A DNA stretch of 64,000 bases, taken from Candidatus Rariloculaceae bacterium. Lineage in GTDB: Bacteria > Pseudomonadota > Gammaproteobacteria > Steroidobacterales > Rariloculaceae. The DNA lies in NCBI GenBank assembly GCA_965221035.1, contig OZ244860.1, positions 3,733,414 through 3,797,413 on the forward strand, given 5' to 3'. The notes below the pieces were generated by a model. It searched no databases. It was not told where the DNA came from and saw only the letters and a list, made by a program, of their open reading frames with translations. The position numbers were made by a program, and so were the translations under genes. Shown in pieces: positions 49,612-59,717 of this stretch. Each line of letters starts with the position of its first letter. Position 1 is the stretch's first letter.

Positions 49612-51984
49612 ATGAACATTCGAAATCAATCTGGTCTTCTCGCTGGCGTTTTGCTGGCTCTAATTCCGGGATTAGCATTTTTTGCGAACCCGGCGCGAGC
49701 GCAAGACAGTGGATTAGCACTCGAGGAAATCGTGGTTACGGCGGAGCGGCGAGAAACATCACTGACAGAAACACCGGCTGCGATTGTGGCGATTACCGGT
49801 GCTGCAATCGAATCCGCAAACATTAACAACCTAAACGAGCTAACATTGACGACGCCCGGAATCAACATTCAGGGCATTAATCGAAACCAGCAATATGTTG
49901 CCATGCGAGGCAACATCACCGAAGGTGGCGATGCGGGTCTCGCCCAGTCCATCGGGTTCTTTATTGATGGTCTGTACTTCGGACGTTCGTCACTGTTCAA
50001 CCAAAGCCTGTCCGATGTCGAGCGAGTCGAAATCCTGCGCGGTCCGCAAGGCACCCTGTGGGGACACAACATTGTCGGCGGTTCCATCAACGTCATCACC
50101 AAGGACCCGACTCAGGAAGCTGAAGCAGACATTAAGGTGTCAGTCGGCAACCATAGTCGTCAGGAAGTTTCCGGGCGCGTTGCCGGCGGCCTCGCAGAGA
50201 ACCTGGCCGGTCAGTTGTCTTTCGCTTCTGAAACGGCTGACGGTTACGTTACCAATCTGGACAGCGGTCAGGACCTGGGCTCCGAAGACGTGTTCCTGCT
50301 GCGCGGCAAACTGGTGTGGGACGTGACGGATAATTTAAGTGCGAAATTTACCAGCACTTTCCAGAAAGACACTTCCGAGATGAACGCACGCATCTTCTTG
50401 CCGGGACCGGACGCCATTCGAACACCTCCACCGCCAGGAAGAACTGCTCCAATTCTCTCGACGTTCGTCATTCCCGAAAACTACGAAAAAGAAACCTACC
50501 AGCGTTCTGCGATTGGTACCAATGACTTCGAAACTATTGTTGCAAGCCTGGGGCTGGACTACAGGTTTGAAAACGGCGTGACGTTCTCGAGTCTGACCGG
50601 CTCCGTTGATTCCGAAGGATTTGTCGACAATTTCGGTTTCTTCCCCTTTCCGGAGAGTTTCGGGAAAATCGAGCGCGATCATGGCTACGAAGACAAGTCG
50701 TTCTCACAGGAGTTTCGTTTGTCCGGCGATACCGATTCGTTGTTCTGGCAGGTTGGCACTTACTACTACGACGCGAGCAATGAACAGGCTCAGTCAACGG
50801 GAACTTGGGGCCTGCCATTTACGCGTGCAGGAAACGACAACATCGCTGATATAGAAGGCAACAACGACGGAGAAACGCGCTTCCAGGATTTTGCGGACTC
50901 CGAGACGGAGAGCCTTGCTTTCTTCGGGCAAGCGACGTGGGCCGCGAACGCCTGGCTCAGTGTCACAGCCGGTGTTCGACACACCGAAGTCGACAAAGAC
51001 TTCTACGCGCTGATTGATGGCGAAGCGCATCGCCGATGGTTTGCGGAGCAGGCTATAGATTGCACCGATGTCGCAGATCCAGGTCCGCGGTTCTGCCGAA
51101 TCGAAAGAAACGAGTCTCAAAGCTGGTCGAATACCTCACCGAAAATCACGTTGGACGGAAAGTGGGACGACGTTGGCATGTTCAACAGCCTGATGACCTA
51201 CGTCACCTATTCCGAAGGATGGAAAGAGGGCGGATTCCAGTCCCCCAATTCCACAATCCAGGATGTTGAGCTATTCAGGATCGACCCGGAGTCTGCCGAG
51301 AATATGGAATTCGGAATCAAGTCCGGTTTTTGGGACAACCGTGCCACCTTTAGCATTGCCGTATTCAATACTGAATACATCGGCCAACAGACCAGCCAGA
51401 TCGTCAACGATCAACTGCTCACATTTAACCTTGATTCCGAGATTGACGGTGTCGAAATCGACGGCAGTCTCGCGGTCGCGGAGTGGCTCACTTTGAGCTA
51501 TTCCGCTGCATTCTATGACTCAGCCTATGCTCCGGGAGCATCCATTGGTCCGAGTCCTCAGGACGACGTCGGCGGCAACAATACCGTTGGCACCCCTGAT
51601 GCCAGTTACACGATCAGCTGGGATGCGGGTACTACTCTAAACAATAACTGGGAACTGTTCTTTACGGGTGGGTACTCCTTTACGGATGCCGTGGAATCCG
51701 ATCCCGACAATGCCATTGCGGCTGCCGACGCGGTCGGTCGCGACCTGTTGCGATTCACGGAGTCGGAAATTCTGAATACGACGCTGGGCATTCGCAACGA
51801 CAACTGGGAGATTTCCCTCTGGGGTCGCAACCTGCTTGATGATTTCGTTGCCACCAACGTCGCCAGCTTTGCGGACTTCTGGCTGCTCAATGCCTGGGCA
51901 GCAGACAATCCGAATGTCGCGGTATTTGAAGGTACACCCGCCGAGCCGATGACATATGGTCTGGCCGTCCGTTTCGCTTTCTAG
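49612..51984 (+). CDS. TonB-dependent receptor
   Basis: LEEIVVTAERRE, VERVEILRGPQGTLWG, PMTYGLAVRFAF. Confidence 0.95.
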   Translation: MNIRNQSGLLAGVLLALIPGLAFFANPARAQDSGLALEEIVVTAERRETSLTETPAAIVAITGAAIESANINNLNELTLTTPGINIQGINRNQQYVAMRGNITEGGDAGLAQSIGFFIDGLYFGRSSLFNQSLSDVERVEILRGPQGTLWGHNIVGGSINVITKDPTQEAEADIKVSVGNHSRQEVSGRVAGGLAENLAGQLSFASETADGYVTNLDSGQDLGSEDVFLLRGKLVWDVTDNLSAKFTSTFQKDTSEMNARIFLPGPDAIRTPPPPGRTAPILSTFVIPENYEKETYQRSAIGTNDFETIVASLGLDYRFENGVTFSSLTGSVDSEGFVDNFGFFPFPESFGKIERDHGYEDKSFSQEFRLSGDTDSLFWQVGTYYYDASNEQAQSTGTWGLPFTRAGNDNIADIEGNNDGETRFQDFADSETESLAFFGQATWAANAWLSVTAGVRHTEVDKDFYALIDGEAHRRWFAEQAIDCTDVADPGPRFCRIERNESQSWSNTSPKITLDGKWDDVGMFNSLMTYVTYSEGWKEGGFQSPNSTIQDVELFRIDPESAENMEFGIKSGFWDNRATFSIAVFNTEYIGQQTSQIVNDQLLTFNLDSEIDGVEIDGSLAVAEWLTLSYSAAFYDSAYAPGASIGPSPQDDVGGNNTVGTPDASYTISWDAGTTLNNNWELFFTGGYSFTDAVESDPDNAIAAADAVGRDLLRFTESEILNTTLGIRNDNWEISLWGRNLLDDFVATNVASFADFWLLNAWAADNPNVAVFEGTPAEPMTYGLAVRFAF

Positions 51985-52059
51985 CACGGTGAGACTGCGT
52001 GCCGCACTGGTTCTACTGTGCGCCGACCCGCCCTGAGCCGATGTCAGGTACGGATCACC

Positions 52060-52597
52060 ACCGCGCTGAGCACGACATCTCGAAGCAATGACGCGTTGAT
52101 CCTGGCCTACGATGTGGTCCCCACGATGCTGGAGCTTGCTGGTGTTGAATCAGGATCGCGTGTTGGTACAGGTGATATGCTGCCAATTACAGGACGATCG
52201 TTTACCGGCCTGCTGCGAGACGGTGGCCGGTTTATAGCCCGAGATATGAATGATCCCGTGGGACGGGAGCACGGTGGCAACGCCGCGATTCGCATTGGCG
52301 ACTGGAAGCTTTTGTGGGTCGGTGAGCGAGAGCCATACCTCGGCGAGAAACCGGGGAAACCCGGCCTTGGTCCAATGTCCGGCCCTCCAATGCCCCGTGA
52401 ACGGCTTCGATCGAGGCAGTCCGGCGGGTACGCCTATTGGCAACGGAGGCCCATGGAGGCTCTACAACATCAAGGGCGATCCGGCCGAACGCAATGAGTT
52501 GTCAGTGAAGCATCCGGAAATCGTCGAAAAACTTCTTGCTGAGTGGGAAGAGTACGTGACCGAATATGGCGTGCTCGTGAAATCCAGAGAGAAATAG
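52060..52597 (+). pseudogene. C-terminal fragment of arylsulfatase, frameshifted
   Basis: DVVPTMLELAG, GRSF, AIRIGDWKL, then WRLYNIKGDPAERNEL..KHPEIVEKL in another frame; catalytic N-terminus missing. Confidence 0.8.
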
Positions 52598-52619
52598 CGC
52601 CCTGGGTAGCTGTCTGGTT

Positions 52620-53279
52620 TTACTCTTTATCGCTCACGATTGTCACGGCCTGGCTCCTGATACGATCCAGCAACCACAATAGACCCTGATCTGCAGTTCG
52701 GGCCCTGAAGAATTCGGCCTCACCAATCTCAAGCTGAAAGATCGGGTTCTCAGACCATCCGACGATGACGTGCGGCTCCTCGAAAATCAATTCCGACGGG
52801 TGTTGCGCAACCATGAATTCCTCTGGAATAAGCATGGCGTCGATTTCACCGCGCTCGAACTCGACTCGAATTGCATCGTCTGGAAGCCGGGTATCCAAAC
52901 GGATGCCCGGCGCCACTCGCTCAAGCTCCGAAGCAAGGGGTATAAGTAATACTGTGGTGATGTAGTCTGAAGCCATGAACCTGAACACGCGCTCCGAACG
53001 AAGCGGATCAAATTCGGCCGACATCGAGATCATGCCATCCACCTGGCGGAGAATGCGTCGAACTTCTGGCTGCAGATCCTCGGCGTACGACGTCGGGATC
53101 ATCCGTTTGCCGTGTAGCACCAGGATTTCGTCTTTAAAGTAGTCGCGAAGCCGACCAAGCGCTGCGCTGGCGGCCGGCTGGCTGACGTACAGTCGCTCAG
53201 CGGCTCGCGACACACCGCGCTCTTCAAGCAATACGTCGAGGGCTACCAGAAGATTGAGGTCCAAGCCTTTCAGCCGCAT
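52620..53279 (-). pseudogene. NodD/FdeR-like LysR with in-frame deletion of ~80 codons in the effector domain
   Basis: Near-identical N-terminus to the 61919 gene; jumps from ...EAEFF to RARTADQGLLWL. Confidence 0.8.
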
Positions 53280-53289
53280 GAATCCACTT

Positions 53290-53336
53290 ATAATTTGGGT
53301 GACTGTATTTCCATTAAAACAATTAATTGGAATTAT
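53290..53336 (+). promoter_or_regulatory. nod-box-like 47-bp site (class II)
   Basis: ATA-ATTTGGGTG-ACT-GTATTTCC-ATT-AAAACAATT-AAT-TGGAATTAT. Confidence 0.65.
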
Positions 53337-53389
53337 AACAATCGCGATGTTGTGATCAGAGTATGCTCACCTGTGCCGGGAGGGGATAT

Positions 53390-53852
53390 ATGAACATTAT
53401 CGGTCCTGATTCGCTGGTATTTGGCGTCGATGACGTCGATGCCTGCACTCAGTACTTCACGGATTACGGCCTTGAACCTGTAGGTGACGGGAGGTTCGAA
53501 GCGCTGGATGGCACCTCTGTCGTCATCAAGCCGAAAGATGACGAGTCACTGCCGGCAGCGCTCGAGACCGGCAGCATGTTACGCAAGACCGTAGCGGGCC
53601 GCCAATGTCATTGGTGTCGACCCGGCGGCGGATCCAAAGCCGAGAACGCTATCGCATGTGGTCTATTTTGTGCCCGATCTCGCGAAGTTCGAGGCATTTT
53701 ATGCAGAGCGTCTTGGCTTCATAACAACAGACCGATTTACAGGTGTGGGACCGTTCATGCGTTCGGCCGAAATGGCCGAAGACAGCTCTCAGATTTTTCT
53801 TTTCACGTTGCGTGACAACTGGATACCCACCGGTGGACCGCCTGACGAATAA
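53390..53852 (+). pseudogene. Second copy of the VOC dioxygenase with two internal deletions
   Basis: MNIIGPDSLVFG...MLRKT / PKPRTLSHVVYFVPD...GPFMR / short C-terminus; all match pieces of 38420-39328. Confidence 0.88.
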
Positions 53853-54243
53853 AGACGCGGAAACTGATGAGAGGGTAGTCGAGCTCTGCGCTTTCGACGA
53901 ACTGGAAGACGGCAAAGCTCGCGGTTTCGATGTGCGTGCTGAGGGCCGAGACACACTGTTCGTTGTGCGCCGCGGCGAGTCGCTAAGCGCTTTTCGCAAT
54001 TGGTGTCCGCACCAGGGAGCATCGCTGCCCTGGCGAAAGAACGCCTATCTCAACGCCGACGGAACGCGAATCGTGTGCAGCGCGCACGGCGCCCAATTCG
54101 ACATTGGCAGTGGCGAATGCTTGCTCGGGCCGGCACTGGGGCAATCATTACGCCGTGCGGATGTCTCTGTTGGCGATGACGGCAGAGTCCGGGCTGCATG
54201 CCAGCCACGCATAGATCGAATCAAAAGGAGTATCGATGATTGA
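53833..54243 (+). CDS. Rieske [2Fe-2S] ferredoxin (FdeD-like)
   Basis: CPH and CSAHGAQF motifs, GECLLGP; start uncertain. Confidence 0.9.
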   Translation: MDRLTNKDAETDERVVELCAFDELEDGKARGFDVRAEGRDTLFVVRRGESLSAFRNWCPHQGASLPWRKNAYLNADGTRIVCSAHGAQFDIGSGECLLGPALGQSLRRADVSVGDDGRVRAACQPRIDRIKRSIDD

Positions 54244-55024
54244 GTTTTACGACAACGACATGTCCGTATGCGCACAAAAGGTTCGCCTCGTGCTTGCGGA
54301 GAAGAACTTGGATTATGAGCGGCATAACCTTGACCTGCGGGCGGGTGACCAGTTCAAGCCCGACTATCTGAAACTCAACCCAAAAGCAGTGGTACCGACG
54401 ATTGTTCACGATGGAGACGTGGTCGTCGAGTCGACCGTGATTATTTCCTACCTTGACGACGCATTCGAAAAGGCATCGCTGACCCCGGACACGGCGTTTG
54501 CTCGCGCCTGTATGCTGCAATGGATGATTCTCCCGGACGCAGGACTACATGACACTTGCGGCCTTACGAGTTTTGCACTGGCTTTCCGTAAACAACTTGC
54601 GGTGCTGGAGCCAGACAAGCTCGAGGCGCACTACGCGAAGATGCCGGATGAAAAACGCCGCGGCCACATTCGATCGCTCGTAGAGCAAGGTCTCGACGCA
54701 CCCGGTGTTGATGCTGCGTTGCGACATTACAGGAAAGCCATAGATTCGATGGCGGCAGCGCTGGAAAAGTCGTCGTGGCTTGCCGGAGAACTCTATTCGC
54801 TTGCGGATATTACGATGTTGCCCTATGTGTTACGGCTGCAGCACCTGGGCCTCGACTGGTTCTGGTCTAATCTCCCGCAGATAATTGAGTGGTTTGAGGC
54901 ATCGCGTCGACGTAACAACTATCGCGCGATTGAAGAGCACCTCAATCCGAAATATCTGGCCATTATGAATGCGGATGCCGCTGAGAACCGCAGCAAGATC
55001 GAGCATATGCTCGAAACGCCATAA
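54236..55024 (+). CDS. Glutathione S-transferase family protein
   Basis: SVCAQKVR, LNPKAVVP, ESTVI..YLDD, WLAGE.YSLADI. Confidence 0.92.
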   Translation: MIEFYDNDMSVCAQKVRLVLAEKNLDYERHNLDLRAGDQFKPDYLKLNPKAVVPTIVHDGDVVVESTVIISYLDDAFEKASLTPDTAFARACMLQWMILPDAGLHDTCGLTSFALAFRKQLAVLEPDKLEAHYAKMPDEKRRGHIRSLVEQGLDAPGVDAALRHYRKAIDSMAAALEKSSWLAGELYSLADITMLPYVLRLQHLGLDWFWSNLPQIIEWFEASRRRNNYRAIEEHLNPKYLAIMNADAAENRSKIEHMLETP

Positions 55025-55063
55025 GCAACAGGAAAGCATTCCATGTCTGTAATAAAGCCATAC

Positions 55064-55310
55064 GTAAGCGCTGCGCCGACCCCACCTTCCTTTCAGTGAG
55101 CCGATGAGTCTGGATCACTCCTTTTTGCAACGAGGAGGATTCAGATGCGGAACCATGTACAGAGAGCGGAGGACAAGGCCGACGGCCGGGCGCCGGTGAG
55201 GGTGTCGCCGAACGGCGTGCGGATCCTGGAGGCCACGGAGCCTGTGGATTTCCGCAAGGGCCACGACGGATTGGCCGCGGCGGTGCAGAACGAGCTGGGC
55301 CTGCGGTCCG
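55064..55310 (+). mobile_element. tnpB: IS66-family remnant (left end plus tnpB/orf2 fragment)
   Basis: GTAAGCG terminus at 55064; VRILEATEPVDFRKGHDGLAAAVQNELG; no tnpC seen. Confidence 0.75.
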
Positions 55311-55686
55311 CGACGGCGTCATCCGGCTCACGCGGGCGCAGTCTCGAACACAACGTCACCGTGGGTGGCGAGACGCACCGACGGGACAAGATCTGCAGAT
55401 TGGCTTGCTACCCCCTGGTCGTGACCAACTCGACCGCACCGCTGGACGCGGTTCACGAAGAGCTCGCCGTACGGGCTGGCCGAATACACGCGGCAAGGAT
55501 CGTGAACGGGCTTGTGCCGGCCTCATCGGATGAGTGGTCGACGGCTTTTGACAGGGTTGACCCGCAAGTGCCGGTGACGGTCGCGACGATACCCAGGGGC
55601 CACCTCAGTCATCGTGCCGAGGAAACTGCTGAATACGCACTGACGTAGTTCCCGGTTGTTCCGCCAGTTCAGTCAGTTCAGCCAGC

Positions 55687-56310
55687 TCAGACAGTTCGGA
55701 TTGTGTCGATTCCTCCCGGCCGCCACTCGCTGACGATATTGTCGAACTCCGGCCGCGGCCGCTCATTCGGTGGCGTCTCCACGCTACCGATGTGAATGAA
55801 CGCCACTATCTGGGTCCCGTCGCCATGCCCCAGGTATCCAATCACTTCCGGATGGTACGCTGGCCAATCCGTCAGCCACTGCCCCCGGTAGCCCATCGCC
55901 GCGGTCGCCACGAGGATGTTCTGGCAAAGGGCGGCGCACGACAGTAGTTGCTCTACCTCCGGGAATTTCGCCAGCTTCTGCTCGTTGACGTGGAACGTCA
56001 CCACCAACAACATCGGCGAGCGCTGCGGTCGCTGCCGTTCCAGCTCGACCAGGACTTCATTGGCCTCGGGGTGTTCCCGCTGAAACAATTCGGCACAGAA
56101 ATCGCCCAGAGCCTGCTGGGCCGGCTTGTCCAGGACCTGTATCCGCCAGGGCTCTGCCCGGCTGTGGTCGGGCACGCGCAGGCCGCAGCGAAGGATGGTC
56201 TGAATTTCCTCGTCGGTCGGGCAGGGCGGGATCATGTCCTTGGCCAGTACGGAGCGGCGGGTCAGCAGCAGATCGACGGCCGACTGATTCGTGTGTCTGG
56301 ACTCATTCAT
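55687..56310 (-). CDS. Nitroreductase (YdjA-like)
   Basis: LLTRRS, VPDH...EPWR, EQLLS, MGY.GQWLT. Confidence 0.9.
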   Translation of the reverse strand: MNESRHTNQSAVDLLLTRRSVLAKDMIPPCPTDEEIQTILRCGLRVPDHSRAEPWRIQVLDKPAQQALGDFCAELFQREHPEANEVLVELERQRPQRSPMLLVVTFHVNEQKLAKFPEVEQLLSCAALCQNILVATAAMGYRGQWLTDWPAYHPEVIGYLGHGDGTQIVAFIHIGSVETPPNERPRPEFDNIVSEWRPGGIDTIRTV

Positions 56311-56441
56311 GGCGCGCGACTTTAGCAGGTCGTCCCGCTGAAGCATCGAACGCTGCGATGGCGCGCTTACGCTGGGTGGGCGGTATTCGCTTGCCCCTTA
56401 CCATCACGTATTTTTTTTCGAGAGAATCAAGCATCTGCAGC

Positions 56442-57620
56442 TCATCCTTTTCGGGACAGCCACAGGGAGATCAACGCTGCGGCCGCTGCAATACCGGCAT
56501 AGAGCAAAATGACGTTTATCAGGCTGCCGCCTAGTTGCCCACTCAATGCTACAGCTACGATGGGCGCTATAAATTGGCCCAGGAAAAATGTTCCCGTCCA
56601 AAGCCCGGTACCGCGACCACGCACGGGCGCGGGCAACACCCGCATGATCCACGCCAGCAATGTTGGTAACAATACCCCAACACCGACACTGGCAAGAAAC
56701 GCCGCCGCCGCTCGCGATGGCAGATTCTGTGACAAAGCCGTGCTCAGGTAGCCCACTGCAGTAATTCCGAATCCGACGGCTAGCAGTGCTGGTCCAGACC
56801 ACGTCTTGAGACGATGAAAAGTAAACGACCCTGTGACGTGACCAAAATTGACGCCCGCCCCAGCCGCGCCAATAATCGCCGGCGACGTCACTCCGATGTC
56901 AGTCAACAACGGTCCCAGTTGCACAACGATAGTGTAGAAGAGAATCGCCGCACCGAGTGTTATGCCGGCAAGCGGCAATACCCTGCCCAGCGGCAGCTTC
57001 TCTTTGGAATCGGATATGTGCTCATGCGTTTCGGGCTCGAACAGAACGAACGCAACAACAAGTGCAACGGGTAACGCGAGCAGATACAACAGGAAAGGCC
57101 CGCGCGAGCCCATAGCCTCGCCGAGCGTACCGCCAATCATAATGAGTAAGATAGCCGAGATACTGATGACGGCAACCTGCAAGGCTATCCAGCGCTGCCG
57201 CGCCTCGCCAATGAAGTAATCGCCAATCATGGCCGTCGCAACCGTCATGATTACTGCCTCTGTGACGCCAAGGCCCACACGGCTGATAATAATTTGTGTG
57301 AGATCCGTCAGGAAGTACGGTAACAATCCTACACCGGCATAAAGCACGAGCGCGGCGATCAGTATCATCTTGCGCCCGACCCGATCGGACAACCAGCCTG
57401 CCAGTGGCGAGAAAAGCGCCACGCACAACGCGGGTATCGTGAGCGCGATCGGTACCAGGAATTGATGTCCCGGCGTACTCGAAAACTCATTCAACAGGAG
57501 CGGCATCACGGGTACCAGCGACACGATAGCCATTACCGGTAGGACGGCCGCCATCAGGAGAACAACACCGTGTCGAGTGCCTGCAGCTTGCTGATTTGGT
57601 ACTGCAATTGTTTCTGTCAT
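56442..57620 (-). CDS. MFS transporter
   Basis: SPLAGWLSDRVGRK, RGRGTGLWTGTFFLGQF. Confidence 0.9.
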   Translation of the reverse strand: MTETIAVPNQQAAGTRHGVVLLMAAVLPVMAIVSLVPVMPLLLNEFSSTPGHQFLVPIALTIPALCVALFSPLAGWLSDRVGRKMILIAALVLYAGVGLLPYFLTDLTQIIISRVGLGVTEAVIMTVATAMIGDYFIGEARQRWIALQVAVISISAILLIMIGGTLGEAMGSRGPFLLYLLALPVALVVAFVLFEPETHEHISDSKEKLPLGRVLPLAGITLGAAILFYTIVVQLGPLLTDIGVTSPAIIGAAGAGVNFGHVTGSFTFHRLKTWSGPALLAVGFGITAVGYLSTALSQNLPSRAAAAFLASVGVGVLLPTLLAWIMRVLPAPVRGRGTGLWTGTFFLGQFIAPIVAVALSGQLGGSLINVILLYAGIAAAAALISLWLSRKG

Positions 57621-57674
57621 GAAACCCTCTGGATCGATTTGACTACCGGGCTATGTTTTGACTCCGGCCACTGC

Positions 57675-58637
57675 CTAAAACCTGTCAAGATCGTCGGCGA
57701 TCACGATCTCACCGTCATACTCTGCGGCAATCTCGCCGATGTACCGCTCTGCCATCTCGGCGGTGTTGACGTTTGGCGACATGTGCGTAACGACGAGTTT
57801 GCCGACGCCCGCGCCGGCCGCCAGCTCACCAACCTGGGGCGGCAAGAGATGATGCGCCCGCAAATGCCACTCCACACCGGCGATCTGTTCCTCGGGCATA
57901 TTCGGGTTGTCGGCCCGAATCTGCTCGACCACCGCATCGACGTCCATCATTTCGCTGATCAGCAGGTCGGCACCGATTGCCAGCTCTTTGACAGCCTCAC
58001 TCGGCCCGGTATCGCCCGTATACACTATCGTACGATCTTCCAGATCGAATCGAAACGACAGCGCCTTCGCTTTCTCGGGCACCCCACTGTCTTCGGGAAT
58101 TGCGAAGTGCGAATTCTCGGCGACCAATACGGTCACACCGTCCAGCTGGATTTCGTCACCGTGCACAACCTCCTGTACCGCCACGTTCGGTCGCCACGAA
58201 AATCCGGGCATACCGTAGCCGGCCTCCATTGCCGGCGCCATGCCTGCAAGCAGACCGTTGATAAACTCCTGCGTTCCCGGCGGGCCAAAAATTTGCAGGG
58301 TCTGCGTCGCCTGTAGCTGCCGTCGCAGACCGAGAATTGCCAACACACCTCCCGTGTGATCAAAGTGATTGTGGCTGATAAAGAGCCCATCGACATGTAC
58401 AAGCCTGAACTCCGCCTTGACTAGCTGGCCGACAGCGCCGTCGCCGGCATCGACAAAATAGAGATCGTCATTGACCCTGAGCACATTGGCCGGTTGAGCA
58501 CGGTCTGGTTGCGAGTCAGGTCCGGCAGCGGATCCCAGAATGACGAATTCGTTCATCGGTCTGCTGACTGCGGCATCGTCGGCATAAGCCGTCGCCGCCA
58601 TCGCCATAATCACAACCATTGCAATTGGATGTCGCAT
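57675..58637 (-). CDS. Exported MBL-fold (RNase Z/AtsA-like) hydrolase
   Basis: Signal peptide ending AYA-DD; ILGSAAGP, VDAGDG, SHNHFDH, YTGDT, HHLLP, VVTH. Confidence 0.88.
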   Translation of the reverse strand: MRHPIAMVVIMAMAATAYADDAAVSRPMNEFVILGSAAGPDSQPDRAQPANVLRVNDDLYFVDAGDGAVGQLVKAEFRLVHVDGLFISHNHFDHTGGVLAILGLRRQLQATQTLQIFGPPGTQEFINGLLAGMAPAMEAGYGMPGFSWRPNVAVQEVVHGDEIQLDGVTVLVAENSHFAIPEDSGVPEKAKALSFRFDLEDRTIVYTGDTGPSEAVKELAIGADLLISEMMDVDAVVEQIRADNPNMPEEQIAGVEWHLRAHHLLPPQVGELAAGAGVGKLVVTHMSPNVNTAEMAERYIGEIAAEYDGEIVIADDLDRF

Positions 58638-58665
58638 CTGATTCTCCACAGAGTTGTTGGCCAAA

Positions 58666-59700
58666 CTACCAATCGTTAATGAAAGGGCCGAAGGTCGGCT
58701 TGCGGCCAGCGGCATCCTCGTTGACGACATTGTTTCGCTGTTGACCGAGGCCCGTCAGCTCACTCTCAACAACGTCGCCGTGCTGCAGCCACGCCCCACC
58801 GTGCGAACCGGCGTTGCCAGGCGGCGACCCGGTAATCAGCAGATCTCCTGGCAGCAGCTTGATACGCTCGGAGGCGTAACTCAGAATGTGCTGCGGCGAG
58901 AAAATCATGTCGTTGGTCGGCCAGTCCTGCATGGTCTTGCCGTTCACCTTGAGCACGATCTGCACCTTGTCCCACTCTACGAATTGCTTCGGCACCATGA
59001 AGGGTCCGAGTGGGTAGTGGTTTGGCTGGTTCTTGCTGATCCAGTCGTATTGAAACTTGACATCGGCACGTCGAAACTCGTCGACGGTGCCGAGATCGTT
59101 ACAGATGACGTAGCCTGCAATCAGGTCATCGGCTTCGTCGGGCGGAATGTACCGTCCGCCCCGTGCAACGATAACGCCGAGTTCGAGTTCGAACTCCATC
59201 TGCTCGCCGATCAGCGGCAAGAGAATATCGTCATTGGCACCACAAAGCGCGGAATGCATACCGGTCCAGAAGAACGGCATACCCTCCTTCGAGCGCCTCT
59301 CGACCTCAGCATAGTTACGCTTGAAAAAGTCTTCGTCGCTCTCGCCTGGCTTTCGGTTGTGCTGATTGAACTTGTTGTTCGTCATCATTTCGGCGACGTG
59401 CTGCTTGTAGTTTGAGCCAGTACCCATGATGTTCGGATGGGTAACAACGGGCAGGCACTCGAGATCTTCGTAGCGAATGCCCGTCTCGCCGTCTTTCGCA
59501 GCGATATCGACTAACTTGTCCAGCGCACGATCCCAATCGTCGAAAATCGCGTGCGTGTCGACGTACAGATCGGACAGGTCGAATACGGTGCCGTCGGGCT
59601 GTACCAGCCCAGGGAACGCCTGAGCCTGCGGAGAGCGTCGGAAAGTGCCGACGCCGAACGCCCCTGATCGTAGTCCGGTAACCGAATTGAAATCTGTCAT
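58666..59700 (-). CDS. Fumarylacetoacetate hydrolase family protein
   Basis: GSNYKQH, EFELELGV, ICND, LGPFMVP, PGDLLITGSPPG. Confidence 0.92.
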   Translation of the reverse strand: MTDFNSVTGLRSGAFGVGTFRRSPQAQAFPGLVQPDGTVFDLSDLYVDTHAIFDDWDRALDKLVDIAAKDGETGIRYEDLECLPVVTHPNIMGTGSNYKQHVAEMMTNNKFNQHNRKPGESDEDFFKRNYAEVERRSKEGMPFFWTGMHSALCGANDDILLPLIGEQMEFELELGVIVARGGRYIPPDEADDLIAGYVICNDLGTVDEFRRADVKFQYDWISKNQPNHYPLGPFMVPKQFVEWDKVQIVLKVNGKTMQDWPTNDMIFSPQHILSYASERIKLLPGDLLITGSPPGNAGSHGGAWLQHGDVVESELTGLGQQRNNVVNEDAAGRKPTFGPFINDW

Positions 59701-59717
59701 GCCTGTTCTGTCCTTCG

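Noticed and set aside
55064-56401. Complete IS66-bounded element carrying the nitroreductase
   Set aside because: CGCTTAC at ~56364 and CCTTAC at ~56396 match the left end over only a few bases; no transposase or target duplication confirmed
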